Shown here: positions 14,329 to 22,329 of the stretch, piece by piece | Layout: each line of letters begins with the position of its first letter | How positions within the stretch are numbered: the first letter of the stretch is position 1 | DNA from: Candidatus Hydrothermarchaeota archaeon | GTDB lineage: Archaea; Hydrothermarchaeota; Hydrothermarchaeia; Hydrothermarchaeales; BMS3B | Direction of reading: 5' to 3' | NCBI GenBank assembly: GCA_015521945.1 | Contig: WANG01000187.1 | Coordinates: forward strand, 1 to 32,401 | DNA length: 32,401 bases | Notes under the pieces: generated by a model | Seen by the model: only the letters and a program-made list of their open reading frames with translations | The model's database searches: none | What the model was told of the DNA's origin: nothing | Translations under genes and position numbers: made by a program

Positions 14329-16059
14329 TCAACGCACAGCCATTATAACATCCCCCGCAGCCACGCTGGCACCCTCCTGCACGAATATCTCCGCAACGGT
14401 GCCGGAGTGCGGGGAAACGATGTCGTTCTCCATCTTCATCGCCTCAAGCACCGCCACCACGTCCCCCTTCTTCACCCTGTCCCCCTTCTTCACTCTGAGC
14501 TTCACTATCATGCCCTGCATGGGCGCCTTTATGCCCCCGTCCACCTCCACCGGCTTCTGCGACTTCTGCGTGGTGGCTTCAGTAGCTTTACCCTTGGCGT
14601 TCGCCGGCGCCACCCTCACCCTGAACTCCTCCCCATCCACCACCACCACGTACTCCGCGGGAGCCCCCGCAGGCGCCTCGGAGCATGGCTCAGGGATCGG
14701 CTCCTCCTCCGCCTCCCCCTTCAGGAACTTCACCGCAATCGCGGGGTAGAGGGCGTAGGTGAGCACATCCTCCTCCTTCCTCACGATTCCCAGCCTCTCC
14801 GCCTCCTCCCTGAGCTTCTCAAGCTGGGGCTCAAGCAGGTCCGCGGGTCTGCAGTCAATCGGCTCCTCATCCCCCAGCACCCTCGCGCGCAGCTCCTCGT
14901 TAACCCTGCCCGGAGGCCTGCCGTACAGCCCCTTCAGGTAGTCCCTCACCTCCCTGGGCACCACCTTGTACCTCTCCCCCAGCAGCACGTTCATCACAGC
15001 CTGCGTGCCCACTATCTGCGACGTCGGGGTTACAAGAGGCGGGTACCCCAGGTCCTCCCGCACCTTAGGCACCTCCCGCAGCACCTCCTCCAGCCTGTCC
15101 AGGGCGTTCTGCTCCCTGAGCTGGCTCACCAGGTTGGAGAGCATCCCCCCGGGAATCTGGTAGATGAGAACGCTCACATCCACCTGGGTGGAGAGCTCAT
15201 CAATCAGGGGCTCGTACTTCTTCCTCAGCTCCCTGAAGAAGGGCGTTATCTCCGCAAACACCTTGGGGTCAATGCCCGTATCGTAGGGCGTCCCCCTGAG
15301 CGCAGCCACCACGCTCTCCGTCGGAGGGTGGGAGGTGCCCCAGGAGAAGGGCGACATCGCCGTGTCCAGGATGTCCACCCCCGCCTCCACCGCCGCCATG
15401 TGAGCCATGGGCGCCATGCCCGAGGTGCAGTGGGAGTGCAGGTTCACCGGCACCGACACCACTTTCTTCAGCTCCCTCACCAGCTCAGCGGCGGCGTGGG
15501 GGGTTATAAGCCCCGCCATATCCTTTATGCAGATAGAATCGCACTCCAGCTCTTCCAAGCGCCTCGCCATGTCCACAAAGCTCTGTATGGTGTGCACCGG
15601 CGAGACGGTGTAGCATATCGTGCCCTGCACATGCGCTCCAAGGCGCTTCGCCACTCTTATCGCAAGCTCCATGTTGCGGATATCATTCAGGGCGTCAAAT
15701 ATTCTGAAAATCTCAATACCATTCTCGTACGACTTCTCCACAAACTTCTCCACGATATCATCGCTGTAGTGCCTGTACCCCACTAAATTCTGCCCCCTGA
15801 GCAGCATCTGGGCGGGGGTCTTCTTCATGTGCCTCTTGAAGGTCCTCAGCCTCTCCCAGGGGTCCTCATTCAGGTAGCGGATGCACGCGTCAAAGGTCGC
15901 ACCCCCCCACACCTCAAGGGAGAAGAACCCGACCTCGTCCATCCTCTCTATGATATCAACCACATGCCTGGTGCGCATGCGCGTTGCCATCAAACTCTGG
16001 TGCGCATCCCGAAAAGTTGTATCCGTAAGCTTTACTCCCGGCAATCCTTCCAACCTCAC
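14329..16059 (-). CDS. pycB: Pyruvate carboxylase subunit B / oxaloacetate decarboxylase alpha-type (carboxyltransferase plus C-terminal biotinyl domain)
   Basis: KLTDTTFRDAHQSL opens the 5S carboxyltransferase TIM barrel, with HCTSG.. and HSH-type metal ligands. The C-terminal biotinylation motif is VLEAMKMEN. The start is uncertain (GTG 16059, or in-frame TTG 16044 after a GGTGAGG SD-like element). Confidence 0.9.
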   Translation of the reverse strand: MRLEGLPGVKLTDTTFRDAHQSLMATRMRTRHVVDIIERMDEVGFFSLEVWGGATFDACIRYLNEDPWERLRTFKRHMKKTPAQMLLRGQNLVGYRHYSDDIVEKFVEKSYENGIEIFRIFDALNDIRNMELAIRVAKRLGAHVQGTICYTVSPVHTIQSFVDMARRLEELECDSICIKDMAGLITPHAAAELVRELKKVVSVPVNLHSHCTSGMAPMAHMAAVEAGVDILDTAMSPFSWGTSHPPTESVVAALRGTPYDTGIDPKVFAEITPFFRELRKKYEPLIDELSTQVDVSVLIYQIPGGMLSNLVSQLREQNALDRLEEVLREVPKVREDLGYPPLVTPTSQIVGTQAVMNVLLGERYKVVPREVRDYLKGLYGRPPGRVNEELRARVLGDEEPIDCRPADLLEPQLEKLREEAERLGIVRKEEDVLTYALYPAIAVKFLKGEAEEEPIPEPCSEAPAGAPAEYVVVVDGEEFRVRVAPANAKGKATEATTQKSQKPVEVDGGIKAPMQGMIVKLRVKKGDRVKKGDVVAVLEAMKMENDIVSPHSGTVAEIFVQEGASVAAGDVIMAVR

Positions 16060-16111
16060 CTGGAGTTAAAATCCTGCAACCAGTGTGAGCCTTCTCAACG
16101 GCAACAATTTT

Positions 16112-17023
16112 TTAAGGGCTCTCCCCCTCCAGCCCCCTCCTCACCGCCTCCACCATCCTGCACGCGCCGCACACCTCTGAGGAGCAGGGCGCCCCGCACT
16201 TAGTGCAGGCGCGCAGGGGTCTGGGCTCAGTTGCTACCGCACCCCTGAGCCGCTCCCACCCGCGAAGTATCCCGTACCTTATCCCCGGGGTGTGCTCCTC
16301 AAGCTGCAGCAGCACCTCCCTCACCAAGCTGCGGAAGGACTCCCCCGCGTACCCGCACTCCTCAAACCCCACCTCAAGCCCGGAGAGCATGGCGTAGAGG
16401 GCGACCTCCTTCTCCGGCACCTCCATCAGGGGCTTGATTCTGGGCACCATCCCGTGCCCCCTGGAGCCCCTGAGCAGCCTCTCCACATCACCCCTCAGGT
16501 AGTTCATCAGCACGCTCTGCGCCACGTCATCCAGGTTGTGCCCCGTGGCAAGCCTCTGGCACCCGAGCTCCGAGGCTGCTGTGTTCAGCAGGTACCGCCT
16601 GAGCACGCTGCACACCGAGCAGGGCTTCCACCTGGTGGCATGCGCAGCCTCATCAAGGGTGAAGCCGAAGGTATCTCTGAAGCTCCTCACATGCAGCTCC
16701 ACTCCAAGCTCCGAGCACACCTTATGCGCCCGCCGCCTGCTCACCTCCCTGTATCCAGTGATTCCCTCATCCACCAGCACCGCCACCAGCTCAAGCTCCA
16801 GCTTCTCCGCATACCCGTGGAGCAGGTGGAGCAGCACCGTGCTGTCCTTCCCCCCCGACAGGGCAACACCCACCCTGAGCCCCCTGCGGAGCATCCCCCT
16901 GCTCATCACCGTCCTCCTCACCCTGCGCTCAAAGTGGCGCAGGAAGTGCTCCCCGCACAGCCTGAGCCCGCTGTACCTCTGCACGTAGCATGCGGTTCGC
17001 CGGCACAGTGAGCACTTAGCCAC
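16112..17023 (-). CDS. ncsA: tRNA 2-thiolation PP-loop ATPase, TtuA/NcsA (Ctu1) family
   Basis: It has an N-terminal zinc finger (CSLCRR..C..H), a PP-loop (ALSGGKDSTVLLHLL), Fe-S-type cysteines (PCSVCSVLRR, EECGY) and a C-terminal zinc finger (CTKCGAPCSSEVCGAC). Confidence 0.8.
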   Translation of the reverse strand: MAKCSLCRRTACYVQRYSGLRLCGEHFLRHFERRVRRTVMSRGMLRRGLRVGVALSGGKDSTVLLHLLHGYAEKLELELVAVLVDEGITGYREVSRRRAHKVCSELGVELHVRSFRDTFGFTLDEAAHATRWKPCSVCSVLRRYLLNTAASELGCQRLATGHNLDDVAQSVLMNYLRGDVERLLRGSRGHGMVPRIKPLMEVPEKEVALYAMLSGLEVGFEECGYAGESFRSLVREVLLQLEEHTPGIRYGILRGWERLRGAVATEPRPLRACTKCGAPCSSEVCGACRMVEAVRRGLEGESP

Positions 17024-17222
17024 CTGAAATCACCCTTATCAGCTCAACCACATCCCCGTCCCGCAGCACCTCCTCCTCGCTCACTATCCTGTTCCCCACC
17101 TTCGCCACCACCTCCTCCCTCCTGAGCCCCACCGCCTCAAGCACCTCCGCCACCCTCGCCCCCTCCTGCAGCTCCACCTCTCTAAGGTCCCCCGAGTACA
17201 CCACCCTTACCCGCATGCTCAC
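17016..17222 (-). CDS. Ubiquitin-like small archaeal modifier / sulfur carrier (MoaD/ThiS/TtuB-like) ending in Gly-Gly
   Basis: The 66-68 aa protein (ATG at 17216 or GTG at 17222) ends ...VELIRVISGG-stop. It overlaps the start of the thiolase gene by 8 nt. Confidence 0.75.
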   Translation of the reverse strand: MSMRVRVVYSGDLREVELQEGARVAEVLEAVGLRREEVVAKVGNRIVSEEEVLRDGDVVELIRVISGG

Positions 17223-17696
17223 CTACCTTAGCTTCTTTGCAGAGCCAACGTCAGGAAAACCCTCCCTCTGCCCCGTGCCAGCCAGCCTGAGCATGTCCTC
17301 GGGGTGGAGCAGCATCCTCACCAGGTTCCTGGCGTGCTCCTTGGCGCGCATCCTGCACAGCTCCACCAGCTCAGCCTCGCTCTCCGCCTCCTCCTCGTGC
17401 ACGAACACCTCAAGGATGTGCTTCCCGGTCATGAGCTGTGCCATCATTATCCCGTAGCTCGCCACCAGGGCGGAGAGCTTATCCTTCTCATCCCTGCCCG
17501 GCATTCCCAGAGCCATGCACGCCTCGCACCCCTCCCTCTCAATCAGCACCTTGCACTCCACCGCCAAGTCCTTTATCCCCGGCACCGTTCTCCGCACCAC
17601 CTTGAGCTTGGTGGTCAGCCGCTTTATCTCCTCCTCCGCGGCTCTGCCCATATCAACCCTCGCAAAGCTCGTGTCAACCACTCCAACCCGTATCAT
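17223..17696 (-). CDS. ribC: Archaeal-type riboflavin synthase
   Basis: It is near-collinear with the Methanocaldococcus-type enzyme as I recall it: VGVVDTSFARVDMG, RRTVPGIKDL, MALGMPGRDEKDK, MAQLMTGKHILEVFVHEEEA. The start MIRVGVVD is at 17696; the track ORF starts at 17705. Confidence 0.92.
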   Translation of the reverse strand: MIRVGVVDTSFARVDMGRAAEEEIKRLTTKLKVVRRTVPGIKDLAVECKVLIEREGCEACMALGMPGRDEKDKLSALVASYGIMMAQLMTGKHILEVFVHEEEAESEAELVELCRMRAKEHARNLVRMLLHPEDMLRLAGTGQREGFPDVGSAKKLR

Positions 17697-18252
17697 CATC
17701 ACCACCGTAGAACAGGAGAAGAATTCCCGCGCACATCACCACCGAGGCTGCCCAGAATAGGGCGGGGAACACCTGGAAGCTCAGTGCACCCAGCAGCACC
17801 GCCGGCACCCCCAGGTGGGTGAGCGCCGAGCCCAGCTTCTTCCTGCGGCTCTGGAACATGAACCTCATCTCCTCCCACCTGAAGGGCAGCATGAGCACCA
17901 CCAAGAGCTGAAGCACCAGCGCAAAGCTCGCAGTGAGCACGGCAGCTGCGCGGTAGTCCAGCAGGTACAGGGGCAGGCTCACCACCAGGATTACCCCCCA
18001 CAGGCGCATCAGGTACCTCTCCCGCACCACCCTCCGTGGTATGCACAGGGCGAGCACCACCAGGAAGGCTGCGGCTAAGGGCAGGGCAAAGCGGTCCATC
18101 CTCTGGGAAAAGCTCAGGTAGGCGGGGGAGTAGGTGAAGTACTTTGAGCCTGAACTCATCCAGGCGTACAGGAATATCCCGTAGAGGCACACCACCCCCA
18201 GGGCTGCAAGCACCGCCACCGCAGCCAAGGTGAGGCTCCTCTCACCGCTCAT
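17674..18252 (-). CDS. Integral membrane protein, function unknown (about 6 TM)
   Basis: 192-aa hydrophobic ORF with an ATG start. It is divergent from the CcsA/CcmF-like gene, and its 3' end overlaps the ribC start. Confidence 0.5.
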   Translation of the reverse strand: MSGERSLTLAAVAVLAALGVVCLYGIFLYAWMSSGSKYFTYSPAYLSFSQRMDRFALPLAAAFLVVLALCIPRRVVRERYLMRLWGVILVVSLPLYLLDYRAAAVLTASFALVLQLLVVLMLPFRWEEMRFMFQSRRKKLGSALTHLGVPAVLLGALSFQVFPALFWAASVVMCAGILLLFYGGDDDTGWSG

Positions 18253-18305
18253 GTGCTAAAAAGAGCACAGCAGAGTTTAAATAATTTAGCGGAGTAGGTA
18301 GTAAG

Positions 18306-19253
18306 GTGGAGTACACCCAGTTCCTCGGATTCACCCGCGAGGCGCTCCGCTACTACACCCCCTTAGTGTCGGCGGTGCTGCTGACCTCGGCGGCAGCGAC
18401 GCTTGCCGCGGCGCTCCACCTCAGAGGCTGCAGGCGGTGCTCCCGCGTATCCTTCAGCCTGGCAGCCCTCTTGGCCCTTGAGCTCACCCTCCTGTACATC
18501 CTCCTCATCCGGTACCACTTAGGCCTGGCGGAGGTGGAGTTCAGCATCCCCGGCATGGGCAGCTTCACCCTGCTTATACCCCCCTGGGTTGAGGAGGAGC
18601 GGCTGCTCTTCTGGCTCTGGATGTACTCCTTCATGGTGCTCTACGCCTGGCGCTACTCCCCCCGGCTGGGCTCCCTCCTGAACCTCGGCAGCCTCTGCTT
18701 CGCCGCCGCCATCTACCTCACCGGCAGAGCCGAGCCCCTTCCGGAGATGCGGGCGCTGATTGAGCAGTACCTGCTGGTAAAGCTCCACCCCCTCGGGCTC
18801 TTCTACGCCACCGACCTCCTCCACGCCCTGCAGGGCAGGTACATGCTCTACTCCACCTGGTACATGTGGGTGCACCCCCCGCTGGTCTTCTTCGCCTACG
18901 CCGCCTTCACCGTGAGCTTCTTCGCCTGCATCGCCATGCTTGTAGCCAAGGAGCCCGCCTACGAGCGCGCCGCATCAGCCTACGCCAAGCTCGGGTACCT
19001 GCCCCTCACCGTGGGGCTGCTCCTCGGGTACCCCTGGGCGGTTGAAGCCTGGAAGGACGTGAGCTGGTGGTGGTCCCCCGTGGTGAGCGCCTCCTTCATG
19101 ATGTGGTTCTTCTACACCGCCTACCTGCACGCCCGGCTCTACCTGCACAGCATGCGCACCCTGGTGGCGCTCTTAGGCATCGCCGGGTATGCAAGCGTGC
19201 TCTTGGCATACGCCATAATCTTCATCCTCCCGGGCGCCCACTCCTACGCCTGA
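18306..19253 (+). CDS. Heme-handling-protein family membrane protein (CcsA / N-terminal CcmF-like cytochrome c assembly protein), variant W-rich motif
   Basis: WVHPPLVFFAYAAFTVSFFACIAML matches the HPPxLYxGY region of CcmF/CcsA. GYPWAVEAWKDVSWWWSPVVSASFMMWFFYTAYLHARL matches the WWD tryptophan-rich loop and the following TM His, but has S where the canonical D sits. The start is GTG. Confidence 0.55.
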   Translation: MEYTQFLGFTREALRYYTPLVSAVLLTSAAATLAAALHLRGCRRCSRVSFSLAALLALELTLLYILLIRYHLGLAEVEFSIPGMGSFTLLIPPWVEEERLLFWLWMYSFMVLYAWRYSPRLGSLLNLGSLCFAAAIYLTGRAEPLPEMRALIEQYLLVKLHPLGLFYATDLLHALQGRYMLYSTWYMWVHPPLVFFAYAAFTVSFFACIAMLVAKEPAYERAASAYAKLGYLPLTVGLLLGYPWAVEAWKDVSWWWSPVVSASFMMWFFYTAYLHARLYLHSMRTLVALLGIAGYASVLLAYAIIFILPGAHSYA

Positions 19254-19254
19254 A

Positions 19255-19554
19255 TCACCTCAGGGTAACCATCTGGGCGTGGGGTACGCCCTGCACCCTG
19301 AGCACCCTCCTGCGGTCTATGAGCCCTGACTTTATCCCCATCCTCACCGCCCCCTCACCCGTCAGGTTTATGATGGTCGCCTCCCTGAGCACCTGCAGCA
19401 CCTCCCTCTCGCTCAGCCTCTCCCCCCCGTAGAACTCCCTCCGCACATCCAGCACCACCTCACCCTCCTCAAACACCTGCCCCAGCAGCTCCTCATCGCA
19501 CACCGCCACCAGCACATCCATCTCAACCCTGTAAACCTTCGTCCAGTACCTCAT
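19255..19554 (-). CDS. DUF424-family conserved archaeal protein (COG2412-like)
   Basis: 99 aa. VAVCDEELLGQVFEEGEVVLDV..EFYGGE....INLTGEGAV..GLI......VQGVPHAQ matches my recollection of the DUF424 pattern. Confidence 0.6.
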   Translation of the reverse strand: MRYWTKVYRVEMDVLVAVCDEELLGQVFEEGEVVLDVRREFYGGERLSEREVLQVLREATIINLTGEGAVRMGIKSGLIDRRRVLRVQGVPHAQMVTLR

Positions 19555-19555
19555 G

Positions 19556-20272
19556 CTAAACCCTTCTGAACCTTCCTATCTTGGGCTCGTATATCTCACC
19601 ATCCCCCAGCAGCTCGTTGAGCACGCTCTCCAGCACCTCCTCCTCCAGGCCGCTCTCCCTGAGCAGGGTGATGTACTTCACCCCCTCTCCATCATCCAGC
19701 TCCTCTATCAGGCTGAGCACCTTCATCTTGGGCTCCACCTCCGCCTCGGCCTCCTCCACGCTCTCCTCAACCACCTCAACGCTCTCCTCGGTCACCTCGG
19801 GCTCCTCCAGGGGCGCCGGCTCCTCCTGCTCCGCATGAGGTACGGGCTCGGGTGCTCCGGGGGCATGTGCATGCTTCTGCAGGGCTATCTCAAGCCTGCG
19901 CACCAGCTCCCAGTTGGGGTCATCCACCCGCCAGGCGCACTCCGCAAGCACGTACACCTCACCCTCGTACTCCCTGGGCTTGCCTATCACATCCACCGTA
20001 TCCCCCACCCTGAGCTTCAGCAGGGGCTCCACCTCCCTGAAGGCGCGCACCGCTATCGTCTCGGTGCCATCATCTAAGGTAACGCTGGCAAACTTCCCGT
20101 CCTCGCTCACGAACTTGCTCACCACCACCCCCATGAGCCTGACTCTTCCCGCCCTCACCCCCTGCCTGGTGAGCACGTAGTTTGCCTCCTTGGAGCCGCT
20201 GCGCACAAACCTCCCCTCCACCACGTCCCTGACCTCAAGCTTAACCGCGGTCTCACGCTCCACACCAATCAC
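19556..20272 (-). CDS. RPA32/Stn1-like OB-fold protein with acidic linker and C-terminal winged helix (COG3390-like)
   Basis: The OB core reads VRLMGVVVSKFVSEDGKFASVTLDDGTETIAVRAF..VGDTVDVIGKPREYEGEVYVLAE. The C-terminal wH reads VLSLIEELDDGEGVKYITLL..LNELLGDGEIYEPKIGRFRRV. The start was trimmed to GTG 20272, 1 nt after the MCM stop; the track's 20350 start lies inside MCM. Confidence 0.6.
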   Translation of the reverse strand: MIGVERETAVKLEVRDVVEGRFVRSGSKEANYVLTRQGVRAGRVRLMGVVVSKFVSEDGKFASVTLDDGTETIAVRAFREVEPLLKLRVGDTVDVIGKPREYEGEVYVLAECAWRVDDPNWELVRRLEIALQKHAHAPGAPEPVPHAEQEEPAPLEEPEVTEESVEVVEESVEEAEAEVEPKMKVLSLIEELDDGEGVKYITLLRESGLEEEVLESVLNELLGDGEIYEPKIGRFRRV

Positions 20273-20273
20273 C

Positions 20274-22310
20274 TCACGCCGTCTTGAAGTGGTCGTGCTT
20301 GGGCTCAAATATGTCCCCGCTGTCGTGCAGCTTCTTGAGTATCTCATCAACCTCTCCCTTGGATATCCCCCTCCTCTCAGCCTCCTCCAGTATCTCGGAG
20401 CGCTTGGCGGTGCCGTACTCCTCCTCCAGCTCCCTGATTATTCCCAGCACCTCCCGTATCTTGTCCCGCTGGGACTTGGTCACCCCCACGTATATCTTGT
20501 CTATGTCCACCCTGCCGGTCTCAAAGTCCAGCCCCGCCTGGGACAGGCTGAACTTTATCAGCTCTATTGCTCGCTCCGCATCCTCGGCGGTAACCACCCT
20601 GCTGAGCCTCACCCTCGCCCTCGCCCTTGCGAGCCTCACTATCGCCCAGAGCTGCCTCGCGGTTAGCGGAATCGGCACGTCCTCGCTCTGCTGCGCCACC
20701 TCCCGCATCTCCACGTAGAAGTCCTCTATCACCCTCCTCGCCTCCTCGCTCAGCTCCGGGAAGATGTTCTGCCTGGCGTAGGCGATGTACTTCCTCAGCA
20801 GCTCCGGGGGTATGGGGGGCTGCAGGGACTCAGGGGAAGCTGCGGTATCCAGGATGTGCCTCGCCACCTCCCTGGTCTTGGAGAGGTCGTCCCTGACGAA
20901 GAATATCAGGTCAAATCGGGACAGTATGGTCGGGGGCAGGTTGACCTGCTCTGAAATCGGGCGGTACTCATCAAACCTCCCGTACTTCGGGTTGGCCGCC
21001 GCAAGAATGGCGCAGCGGGAGCGGAAGGTGGCGAGAATGCCAGCCTTGGCTATGCTCACGCTCTGCTGCTCCATCGCCTCGTGCATCGCCGAGCGGTCGC
21101 CTGCCTCCATCTTGTCAAACTCATCAATGCACGCCACCCCTCTGTCGGCGAGCACCAGCGCCCCCGCCTCAAGGCTCCAGCCACCGTCCCCGAACTCGTC
21201 CTTAACCGCCGCCGCAGTAAGACCTGCTCCGCTCGTGCCCTTGCCGCTGGCGTACACCCCCCTGGGCGCCAGCTCCTTGGCAACGTACTGCAGAATCTCG
21301 CTCTTACCCGTGGCAGGCTCGCCCATGATTATTATGTGAGAATCCCCGCGTATTCGCCCCCCATCAGGGAGCTCAATAGGGGGCGCGGAGAAGAGCTGGT
21401 ACATTATCGCCTCCTTTATCTCCTCGTACCCGTATATGTGGGGAGCGATGCTCTTAACGATCTTTGAGTATATCTCTGGGTCCTGCGCCAGCTCCAGAAT
21501 CTTCCTCTCATCCTCCCTTGAAATCTGCACCTCCTCAAACTCTATCTCCACGGGGTTGAAGTTGTTCGCCTCAATGAACACCTCAACCACCCTGGACTTT
21601 GCGCCTCCGCTCTTCCTCAGCCCCGCCCTCAGCACCCCTATAATCTCCACCGAGTCTCCGGGGGTGAGCCTCCCGGTCAGGTCGTCCTCCAGCAGCACCA
21701 TAATCTGCTTCGGGTGCTCCCCTCCCCTCAGGTCCTCAAGGTTCTCCTGCACCAGCAGCTTCTGGGAGTCAACGAAGTCAGAAGCCTCAACATCAAGCTT
21801 GAAGGGTCCCCTGTTCTCGCACCCGCTGCACAGGTAGGGCTCCCTCAGGTTCTCATCCCTCTGCCTCACCAGGTTAACCTCCCCGCACCTCCTGCACTCA
21901 AAGGCGGCAACCACCAGCTTTGGGCGGACATCCGTGGCTTTGCGCACTATCCCCTCCACCGATATCAGCCTGCCCACGTTCTCGCTCCTTATATCCCTTA
22001 TCGCAAGCCTGCTGGTGCTGGGCAGGTTCGTGAAGCGCACGTTGAGCTCCGCCCTGCCCCTCCCCACGGGCTGCTCTATTCTGGCGCATGCCCTCTGGGC
22101 GGCAGGTATGGCCAGGTCGGGGGAGTTTATCACCAGGTCCCCGAGGCGTATGTCGTACCTGTCAAGCACCTCAAAGTCCACCACCACGCTCCTGGTCTCT
22201 GGGTAGCCGTGCACCGCCTCCAGGATCTGGGAGTGGTAGTATGCTCTGAAGAACCTCTCAAACCTCTCCTCCAGCTCCTCCGCCACTTCAGCCGCCTGCG
22301 CCATTACCAT
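20274..22310 (-). CDS. mcm: MCM replicative helicase
   Basis: It has a C4 zinc finger (CRRCGE..CSGCENRGPF), Walker A (IIIMGEPATGKS), Walker B (ACIDEFDKM), sensor and Arg finger (AAANPKYGRFD..LPPTILSRFDLIF) and a C-terminal wH. Its 678 aa leaves no room for an intein. Confidence 0.95.
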   Translation of the reverse strand: MVMAQAAEVAEELEERFERFFRAYYHSQILEAVHGYPETRSVVVDFEVLDRYDIRLGDLVINSPDLAIPAAQRACARIEQPVGRGRAELNVRFTNLPSTSRLAIRDIRSENVGRLISVEGIVRKATDVRPKLVVAAFECRRCGEVNLVRQRDENLREPYLCSGCENRGPFKLDVEASDFVDSQKLLVQENLEDLRGGEHPKQIMVLLEDDLTGRLTPGDSVEIIGVLRAGLRKSGGAKSRVVEVFIEANNFNPVEIEFEEVQISREDERKILELAQDPEIYSKIVKSIAPHIYGYEEIKEAIMYQLFSAPPIELPDGGRIRGDSHIIIMGEPATGKSEILQYVAKELAPRGVYASGKGTSGAGLTAAAVKDEFGDGGWSLEAGALVLADRGVACIDEFDKMEAGDRSAMHEAMEQQSVSIAKAGILATFRSRCAILAAANPKYGRFDEYRPISEQVNLPPTILSRFDLIFFVRDDLSKTREVARHILDTAASPESLQPPIPPELLRKYIAYARQNIFPELSEEARRVIEDFYVEMREVAQQSEDVPIPLTARQLWAIVRLARARARVRLSRVVTAEDAERAIELIKFSLSQAGLDFETGRVDIDKIYVGVTKSQRDKIREVLGIIRELEEEYGTAKRSEILEEAERRGISKGEVDEILKKLHDSGDIFEPKHDHFKTA

Positions 22311-22329
22311 GAGTTGCCCACACTCACTA

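Noticed and set aside
14461-14496. Near-perfect 18-nt tandem duplication (GTCCCCCTTCTTCACCCT / GTCCCCCTTCTTCACTCT, 17/18 identical) inside pycB
   Set aside because: It encodes RVKKGD-RVKKGD, which corresponds to the normal VxxGDxVxxGD element preceding the EAMKM biotinylation site of biotinyl domains. It is in frame and explained by domain architecture, though the nucleotide-level identity is notable.
14248-15786. 512-aa plus-strand ORF (the longest unexplained ORF in the track)
   Set aside because: It lies entirely antisense to pycB, which has unmistakable carboxyltransferase and biotinyl motifs. Its translation is low-complexity H/R/L/P/G-rich, typical of shadow ORFs in high-G+C DNA.
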